Source of the DNA: a bacterium
Lineage (GTDB): Bacteria; Hinthialibacterota; Hinthialibacteria; H5-UNCL2
Direction: 5' to 3'
Assembly: GCA_015075175.1 (NCBI GenBank)
Contig: JABTUV010000008.1
Span: 329-64,328 of the forward strand
Length of the DNA: 64,000 nt
Below the pieces are notes generated by a model. That model saw only the letters and a list, made by a program, of their open reading frames with translations. It did no database searches and was not told where the DNA came from. The stretch's first letter is position 1. Each line of letters opens with the position of its first letter. Position numbers and translations under genes: made by a program. This document shows positions 57,127 to 64,000 of this stretch, in pieces.

Positions 57127-58035
57127 TCAGAAATCGTCGCACTCGCGGTAGGCCTCGATAACCCCCAACTCGCCCTCCTTGCCCGGCCGGGAATTGCCGT
57201 GCTCCATGCCCACGACGCCGGTGAAACCCTTGCCGTGAATATGCCTGAACACGTTGCGATAGTTGATCTCGCCCGTGGTCGGCTCGTTGCGCCCAGGATT
57301 GTCGCCGACCTGAAAGTACGCAATCTCGGTCCAGGCGCGATCGATATTCGGTATCAGATTCCCCTCCGTCACCTGCTGATGGTAGAGATCGTCCAGAATC
57401 TTGCAGCTGGGACTGTTGACGGCGCGGCAGATTTCATACCCCTGGGGAATCTTGGTGAGAAACATGCCCGGATGATTGCACCAGGGATTGAGCGGCTCCA
57501 GCACCATCACAAGACCCGACGGTTCGCAGATTTCCGCCGCGCGGCGCAGCGCCTCGATCACGTTGGCGGTCTGGTAGCCCCATTCCAGGCCGGTGTGGTA
57601 TGGCCCCGGCACGACCGTGCACCACTTGGCGTTGACGCGCTTGGCGCACTCGACGGCTTTTCTGATTTCAGACAGGAAGGCGTCGCGGTCCTCGGGTTTG
57701 CCGAAAGGCAGGCGCGGCTCGCGCCATTCGGCGTAGGCGACGAACACGCCCATGGTCATCTCCAGCCGCGCCATTTCTCGGGCTACTTTCTCCTGCACTT
57801 CCACCGGCCGGCCCATCATGCCGTTGTCCTCCATGGCGGAGAAACCCTGATCGGCCATGAACTTGAGCTGATCCACCAGGTCCTCGCCGGCGGAGTGCTT
57901 GAACATGCCGAAGTGGGGAGCGTACTTGAGCTTGAACTTGCCGGGCCTTGGCTCGGCCTGTGCAACGGCGGGGTTTGAGAGTCCGGCGGCGACCGCGGCT
58001 CCCAGACTGGTCGTGACGAAATCGCGGCGATCCAT
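57127..58035 (-). CDS. Tat-signal xylose-isomerase-like TIM-barrel protein (sugar phosphate isomerase/epimerase, hydroxypyruvate-isomerase-like)
   Basis: ATG 58035 after AGGAGG. MDRRDFVTTSLGAAVAAGLSNPAVAQA is the Tat motif. LKYAPHFGMF...GFSAMEDNG...LVMVLEPLN...YFQVGDNPGRNEPTTGEINY...GVVGMEHG is the AP_endonuc_2/Hyi-like pattern. Confidence 0.8.
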   Translation of the reverse strand: MDRRDFVTTSLGAAVAAGLSNPAVAQAEPRPGKFKLKYAPHFGMFKHSAGEDLVDQLKFMADQGFSAMEDNGMMGRPVEVQEKVAREMARLEMTMGVFVAYAEWREPRLPFGKPEDRDAFLSEIRKAVECAKRVNAKWCTVVPGPYHTGLEWGYQTANVIEALRRAAEICEPSGLVMVLEPLNPWCNHPGMFLTKIPQGYEICRAVNSPSCKILDDLYHQQVTEGNLIPNIDRAWTEIAYFQVGDNPGRNEPTTGEINYRNVFRHIHGKGFTGVVGMEHGNSRPGKEGELGVIEAYRECDDF

Positions 58036-58259
58036 GCGCGGCCTCCTTAGCGGGAGATCATGGGTTGGCGGGCGTATTCTCACCCGATTGCGGCGCGGAT
58101 TCAAGGGGCTTGTCATCGCCCGAGGGACACCATGAGGTAAACAATTTCTTTTCAAAACCAGAGCGGGTATGTACTGTGACCGGGTCTCATTGCCGACACG
58201 CCGGACGGCGGCCCGCGCGCGTCCGACTTGCCTTGACAGGCGTATCCGGAGGCGGACTC

Positions 58260-60095
58260 ATGCTTACGACCTGGCTGGAGGCGACCAGCTCCTTCCTTGT
58301 TGCGTCCAGCGGCGGCGCGATCGATCCGCTCATCGCCGGCATCGGCTTCTGCTTTCTCGTCGCCGCCATCCTGTCGGTGCTCTTCACCCGCATCGGCATC
58401 CCCAGCATCGCCGCCTTTCTGGCCGCCGGCATCATCATCGGCCCCGAGTTCGCCCAGATCGTCACCCACCAGGAGAGCATCACGACCATCGCCGATCTCG
58501 GCCTGGTCCTCCTGCTCTTTCTGATCGGGTTGGAGATCGACCTGCGCAAACTCCTGGCCAGCGGCAAGACACTGATTACGACCGGCCTTCTGCAATTCCC
58601 GCTCACCGTCCTGTTCGGCTGGTGCGTGGGATGGCTGGCGCAGCGCTCCGGCTGGGCGCCGCTTTTGGGCGGTTACGTGCCGCTCTACGTCGGCTTCACA
58701 CTGGCCACCTCCTCCTCGCTGATCGTGGTCAAGCTCTTCCAGGAGAAGTTCCAACTGGACACGCTGGTGGGGCGGGTGTGCCTGGGCGTCCTGATCTTCC
58801 AGGACATCTGGGCCATCGTCGTGTTGGCTCTGCAACCCAACTTCGAGCATCCCGAACTGGTCCCGGTGCTCTTCAACTTCGTGGGCATCGGGCTTCTGGC
58901 GGGCGTCGCCTACGGATTCGCCCGGTTTCTCCTGCCCGTCTGCTTTCGCTGGATCGCCAAGACTCCCGAGTTGATCCTGGTCGCGGCCACGGGCTGGTGC
59001 TTTGGGATCGCGTTTTTGGGCACGCAATTGCAGCACGTGCTGGGATTCGTCGGGCTGGGCGGCTTTCCGGTGAAGGTGTCGCTGGAGATGGGCGCCCTGA
59101 TCGCGGGCACGAGCATCGCCACGCTGCCCTATAGCAAGGAGGTAGTGGGCAAGGTCGGCAACGTGAAGGACTTCTTCGTCACGCTCTTCTTCGTGGGTTT
59201 GGGGATGGGCATCCCGCGGCCCGAGTCGGCGGACGTGTTGCTCTTGGCGCTGTTTCTGTCCGTGCTGGCGATCCTGGCGCGCTATCTGATTTTCTTTCCG
59301 CTCATGTATTACACCGGCATGGACCGGCGCAACGCCATCGGCGCTTCGACCAAGCTGGCGCAGATTTCCGAGTTCTGCCTGGTGATCGCGTACCTGGGGC
59401 AGGGGCTGGGACACGTGACGCGGGAGTTCGCCAGCAGCGTCATCTTCGCCTTCGTCATCACCGCGTTGGCGACGCCGTTTCTCTTTGAGATGGGGGACAG
59501 GATTCACGAGCGGCTGGCGGGGGTCTTGACGCGGCTGGGATTCGCGGCGCCGGGGGCCCGCGCCGAGGAAGGCGAGGCGGAGGCGCCGCTCACGCTGGCG
59601 CTGCTGGGATTTCATCGCATCGCCTCCTCGCTCCTCTGGGAGCTGGAGTCGCGCCATCCCGCGCTGCTGCGTGAGACGCTGGTGGTCGATTTCAACGTGG
59701 CGCTGCACGGCGAGATCGCCAAGAAGGGGGTGCGCGTGCTCTACGGCGACATCGCCAACCCGGCCACGCTGGAGCACGCCGGCCTGGAGCGCGCCAAAAT
59801 CATCGTCAGCTCGATACCCGACGACGTGCTGAGGGGCACGACCAACCTCCACTTGGTGCAGCATCTGCGCGCGCTGGCGCCCAAGGCCGTCATCGTCGCC
59901 AACGCGCTCTCCATGAGCGAGGTCTCGGCCCTCTACCGGGCGGGGGCGGATTGGGTGCTGTTGCCGCGAGTGGAAGCGGCGGAGGCGCTGTGCCAGGCGG
60001 TGGCGGCGGCGCGCGAGGGCTGGATGGAGGCCTTCCGCGAGGCCATGGACGCCCGCCGCGGCGACCTCTCCACCCGCCGCGAGGTCATGCCGTAA
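58260..60095 (+). CDS. CPA2-type cation:proton antiporter with C-terminal RCK/TrkA-N domain
   Basis: ATG 58260. Na_H_Exchanger-type membrane domain (IPSIAAFLAAGIIIGPE...LLLFLIGLEIDL), then LALLGFHRIASSL...VVDFN... as a Rossmann-like RCK domain. Confidence 0.8.
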   Translation: MLTTWLEATSSFLVASSGGAIDPLIAGIGFCFLVAAILSVLFTRIGIPSIAAFLAAGIIIGPEFAQIVTHQESITTIADLGLVLLLFLIGLEIDLRKLLASGKTLITTGLLQFPLTVLFGWCVGWLAQRSGWAPLLGGYVPLYVGFTLATSSSLIVVKLFQEKFQLDTLVGRVCLGVLIFQDIWAIVVLALQPNFEHPELVPVLFNFVGIGLLAGVAYGFARFLLPVCFRWIAKTPELILVAATGWCFGIAFLGTQLQHVLGFVGLGGFPVKVSLEMGALIAGTSIATLPYSKEVVGKVGNVKDFFVTLFFVGLGMGIPRPESADVLLLALFLSVLAILARYLIFFPLMYYTGMDRRNAIGASTKLAQISEFCLVIAYLGQGLGHVTREFASSVIFAFVITALATPFLFEMGDRIHERLAGVLTRLGFAAPGARAEEGEAEAPLTLALLGFHRIASSLLWELESRHPALLRETLVVDFNVALHGEIAKKGVRVLYGDIANPATLEHAGLERAKIIVSSIPDDVLRGTTNLHLVQHLRALAPKAVIVANALSMSEVSALYRAGADWVLLPRVEAAEALCQAVAAAREGWMEAFREAMDARRGDLSTRREVMP

Positions 60096-60116
60096 CGACC
60101 CTTGTGTCGCCGCGCG

Positions 60117-60563
60117 TCAGGGAAGATTCTCCAGGTCCGCCAGGTCCTTGTGCCGACCGGTCGCCAGCTTGTTTTTCTTCAGCATGGGCAGGGAGATCAC
60201 GTTCACCGGAATTCCGTCGATTTCTACCGTCTCTCGGCTTGCGAAACATTCAGCGAACGATACACCGTCGGCATCCATCATGATTTCTATACATGTCGGA
60301 GGTACGCCCATCCGTATGACATTCTTCGACTGTTTGAACAGGTCAACGGATACCACTTCCGGCGCAAAACCGAATTCAACCAAGGTTGCCGCCAGCTTCG
60401 CCGCATTGACATCATCGAGAGCGACCCAGAAGTCCAAGTCCGCCGTGAAGCGGAGGTAACCGTGGTGCGCCACGGCTTATCCTCCAACCACGAGGTAGTC
60501 AACGCCTTTCGCGTTTAGTAACTTCAAGAACTCTTTGAAGGGTCGATGTAGCTGGATCAAATC
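60117..60563 (-). pseudogene. DUF6036-like nucleotidyltransferase-fold protein interrupted by an in-frame TAA
   Basis: ORF 60117..60473 (AHHGYLRFTADLDFWV...LKKNKLATGRHKDLADLENL) lacks its N-terminus. The same frame upstream reads (TTG)IQLHRPFKEFLKLLNAKGVDYLVVGG-TAA-AVAHHGY, so the conserved LL-N-x-x-x-V-x-YL-VGG-x-AV-x-HG block contains a stop at 60477-60479. Confidence 0.6.
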
Positions 60564-60711
60564 CGTAATTCAAGCGTCGAAACAATTCCACAGTAGCCCA
60601 GCGTTCCTGCGGGGTGCGGCTCAGCCAATAGGCGAGGTCGTTGCCCTGATCCTTGAGGGAGCCGACCGACAACGCCGTGCGATCCAGCGGGGGGAAGTCT
60701 TCAGTTTTCAT
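60499..60711 (-). CDS. small hypothetical protein upstream of the nucleotidyltransferase remnant
   Basis: 70-aa ORF MKTEDFPPLDRTALSVGSLKDQGNDLAYWLSRTPQERWATVELFRRLNYGFDPATSTLQRVLEVTKRERR. The pattern (YW-x-S-x-TP-x-ER...LQRV) recalls small proteins found with DUF6036-type genes. Its 3' end overlaps the upstream extension of the NTase frame. Confidence 0.4.
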   Translation of the reverse strand: MKTEDFPPLDRTALSVGSLKDQGNDLAYWLSRTPQERWATVELFRRLNYGFDPATSTLQRVLEVTKRERR

Positions 60712-60906
60712 TTCCCAGCGCCTCCCTGACTACCACGCGACGGCACGGCCGGCCCAGATCTTCCAGAAGCAGGGCGATGGCGTCGGCCAGGTCCGCCAGG
60801 ACCTTCGTTCGGGTCTTCCTTGGCCATTCGCCCCCGGGACCTCCGGGCAGCAGGCAATCCACCCATCATCCGCGCGTTCGACGATCGCCGTAAACTCGGC
60901 GGCCAT
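60701..60906 (-). CDS. HicB-like (UPF0150) antitoxin, one apparent 1-nt deletion at about 60811-60822
   Basis: Not in the ORF track as one piece. The minus strand from ATG 60906 reads MAAEFTAIVERADDGWIACCPEVPGANGQG. After restoring one A in GGAAGACC (to GGAAAGACC) it continues KTRTKVLADLADAIALLLEDLGRPCRRVVVREALGNEN*. This is the canonical pattern y-x-a-x-ie-x-x-edG-w-x-a-x-cPe-x-pGa-x-gqGkT-x-eEa. Confidence 0.55.
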
Positions 60907-61181
60907 GACGAATGCCTCGTTTCCGCGTCGTGCTGCAACCCCAATGATGTTACTGGACGGCGGCGGTGTGCGTCACGGACGGCGACCGGCGGTCGTCGAG
61001 ACCCTGACCCATGGCGTCCCCGTTATGCGGTCCATCTTTGGCCTTGACGCGCCTTGCCGGTTTGGGAATACTCAGGGCAGGCTCGCCTTCGCGGCCTTCG
61101 TGAGTGCGTAATTACCTTCCACGTCACGACTTGCGAAATCACTCAGGGCGGGGCGGGCGCCCGTGGTTCGGGACGGAGAGC

Positions 61182-61688
61182 ATGGACGGAACCAAGCAGC
61201 ATATCCTGTCGCTCCTGGTGGAAAACCATCCCGGCGTTTTGGCGCGCGTGGCCGGCCATCTGTCCGGCCGCGGCTTCAACATCGACAGCCTGGCGGTCGG
61301 GGAGACCCGCGACCCGCAGTTCTCCCGCATGACCATCGTCCTGTCCGGCGACGATCGCGTGCTGGAGCAGTGCAACAAGCAACTCAACCGCCTGGTCGAG
61401 GTGGTCAAGATCAATGATTTTTCCAACGTGCCGGATTTTATCGACCGGGAACTGATACTCGTGAAAGTGGACACGGGCCGCACCGGACGGCGCGACATCA
61501 TGGAGCTGGCGGAGATTTTCCGCGCCAGGATCGTGGACACCTCGCCCAAGAGCCTGACGGTGGAATTGACGGGTACCCCGGACAAGATCAACGCCTTTCT
61601 GGACTTGGTCAAGCCGTTCGGGATCAAGGAGCTGGTTCGCACTGGCCGCATCGCCATGGCGCGGGGCGGCCAGGGCTTCACGGAGTAA
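61182..61688 (+). CDS. ilvN: acetolactate synthase small (regulatory) subunit
   Basis: ATG 61182 after GGAGAG. HILSLLVENHPGVLARVAGHLSGRGFNIDSLAVGET is the ACT domain, followed by the ALS_ss_C domain. Confidence 0.9.
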   Translation: MDGTKQHILSLLVENHPGVLARVAGHLSGRGFNIDSLAVGETRDPQFSRMTIVLSGDDRVLEQCNKQLNRLVEVVKINDFSNVPDFIDRELILVKVDTGRTGRRDIMELAEIFRARIVDTSPKSLTVELTGTPDKINAFLDLVKPFGIKELVRTGRIAMARGGQGFTE

Positions 61689-61718
61689 TTCGAGGCGCAC
61701 CCAGCGAGGAGGATCATC

Positions 61719-62720
<1,002 letters not shown>

Positions 62721-62827
62721 CTCCGCGCCTTCACCCTCTCCCTCCGGGAGAAGTGAGGGACCCTCTCCCTCCGGGAGAGGGCAGGGTGAGGGGCGGGGAC
62801 CTGATAGACGCGGGAAGGTGATCGGAA

Positions 62828-63876
62828 ATGCCCGAAAGGAAGAAACTCAGAATCGGACTCTTGACCGGCGGCGGCGATGCACCCGGCCTGAACGCCGTGA
62901 TCCGCGCGGTCGTCATCAAGGCGCAAGCGCTGGGCCACGAGACGCTGGGGTTCATCTGCGGCTGGCGGGGGATGCTCAACAAGGAGTACGTGGTCCTCAC
63001 GCGCAAGGAGGTCGAGGACATCCAGCGCGAGGGCGGGACCATCCTAGGCTCGTCCCGCACCAACGTGTCCAAGATTCCCAACGGCTTCGAGATCGTGAAG
63101 GCCAACATGGCCGAGCTGGGACTGGACGCGCTGGTCGCCATCGGCGGCGAGGACACACTGGGCGTGGCGGCCAAGCTGCACGCCGCCGGCGGTCACGTGG
63201 TGGGCGTGCCCAAGACCATCGACAACGACGTCAACTGCACCGACTACACCTTCGGTTTCGACACCGCGACCAACCGCGCCATGGAGGCGCTGGACCGCCT
63301 GCATACCACCGCCAAGAGCCATCGCCGCGTGATGGTGGTCGAGATCATGGGCCGGCACGCCGGTTGGATCACGCTGCACGCGGGCATGGCCTCCGCCCAC
63401 TTCGTGCTCATCCCCGAGGTCGAGTACGACCTGGACGAGCTGTGCCGACAGATCAAACAGCGCCATTCCAACGGCGCGGTGTACACCATGGTCGCCGTCT
63501 CGGAGGGATTCGAGAACAAGGACCTGGCGCGGCGCATCATGCACAGCGCGGAGAAGGACGACTTCGGCCACGTGCGGCTGGGGACCGGCATCGGGGTCGG
63601 GCAGGCGTTGGCGGAGGAGATCGAGGATCGCACCGGCCTGGAGACGCGCCACGTGGTGCTGGGGCACTTGCAGCGGGGCGATCCACCGCCTTCGACCGCG
63701 TGCTGGGCACGCGCCCGGGGGTCAAGGTTGTGGAGATGATTGAAGAAGGCAAGTGGGGCTACATGTCGGCGCTGCAGGGCAGCAGCGTGGTCGCCGTTCC
63801 CCTCGAGGAGGCGGTGGGCAAGCTGAAGACGGTCTCGCCCGATCGGTTCGACGTGGCCCGGCTTTTCTTTGGATGA
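62828..63876 (+). CDS. pfp: 6-phosphofructokinase with PPi-type donor signature, one apparent 1-nt deletion near 63677-63685
   Basis: LLTGGGDAPGLNAV, IGGEDTLG (Asp at position 104) and VPKTIDNDV (Lys at position 124). ORF 62828..63739 ends in nonsense after GHLQRG. The frame of ORF 62818..63876 continues TAFDRVLGTRPGVKVVEMIEEGKWGYMSALQGSSVVAVPLEEA. Confidence 0.85.
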
Positions 63877-63899
63877 ATCGAATAGAAAGGAATCAAGTC

Positions 63900-64000
63900 A
63901 TGCCATTGGTACCGATGTTGCAACTCTTGGAAGAGGCAGCCAAGAAGGGCTACGGCGTGGGCGCCTACAACGTCAACAACATGGAGCAGATCCAGGCCAT
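63900..64000 (+). CDS. fba: class II fructose-bisphosphate aldolase, N-terminal fragment (runs off window end)
   Basis: ATG 63900 gives MPLVPMLQLLEEAAKKGYGVGAYNVNNMEQIQA. The motif GY-[AG]-V-G-A-[FY]-N-V-N-N-x-E is the class II FBA N-terminus. Confidence 0.7.
   Translation, partial: MPLVPMLQLLEEAAKKGYGVGAYNVNNMEQIQA

Noticed and set aside
60477-60479. Stop-codon reassignment (TAA read as sense) to explain the interrupted nucleotidyltransferase
   Set aside because: TAA clearly terminates well-conserved genes here, for example ilvC at 62718-62720. A nonsense mutation is therefore the simpler explanation.
60907-61110. hicA toxin gene upstream of the hicB-like gene
   Set aside because: - Only short HicA-like fragments can be read, spread over three frames with in-frame TGA/TAA stops and no clear start.
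- This is too weak to list as a feature, so it is mentioned only as a possible remnant.

Overview
GC-rich bacterial chromosomal segment, densely coding on both strands. No rRNA, CRISPR array, integrase or transposase is visible. Core genes recognised from the translations: argS, pepF-like M3 peptidase, Nif3-like protein, fumC, kpsF, mfd, ATP-type pfkA, tatA/tatC, metG, ilvN-ilvC, a PPi-type phosphofructokinase and the start of class II fba. A probable H+/Na+-pyrophosphatase N-terminus runs off the left edge. There are two tRNAs: CAU (Met or Ile2) and Leu-CAG.

The accessory content is dominated by exported proteins. These include four Tat-signal proteins (three Gfo/Idh/MocA oxidoreductases and a xylose-isomerase-fold protein), a DUF6807/PmoA-like protein, two GH172/DUF2961 paralogs and a BNR_4 protein. 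Also present are a propeller glycosidase-like protein, an M1 peptidase, a transglutaminase-like protein, porins, a rhomboid protease and a 1000-aa Ig-like repeat protein. This content resembles uncultured PVC/Hydrogenedentes-type genomes, but I cannot verify taxonomy without a search.

Two properties stand out.
1. Almost every intergenic gap is filled by at least eight families of short palindromic repeats. One is a 31-nt hairpin array running exactly from stop codon to stop codon of two convergent genes. Another is a composite repeat inserted in frame inside mfd. A third is a nested-hairpin MITE-like element present in three copies.
2. At least ten conserved genes are split by single-base frame shifts. 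At the sites I could reconstruct, these are one-base deletions in short homopolymers, so they look like consensus indel errors rather than biology.

The best candidates for undescribed biology:
- the Tat-exported oxidoreductase/DUF6807/TIM-barrel operon
- a shared PT-linker plus dockerin-like C-terminal tail on three secreted enzymes
- the repeat-element system itself

All family calls come from motif recognition by eye. No database search was run, and start codons are best guesses.
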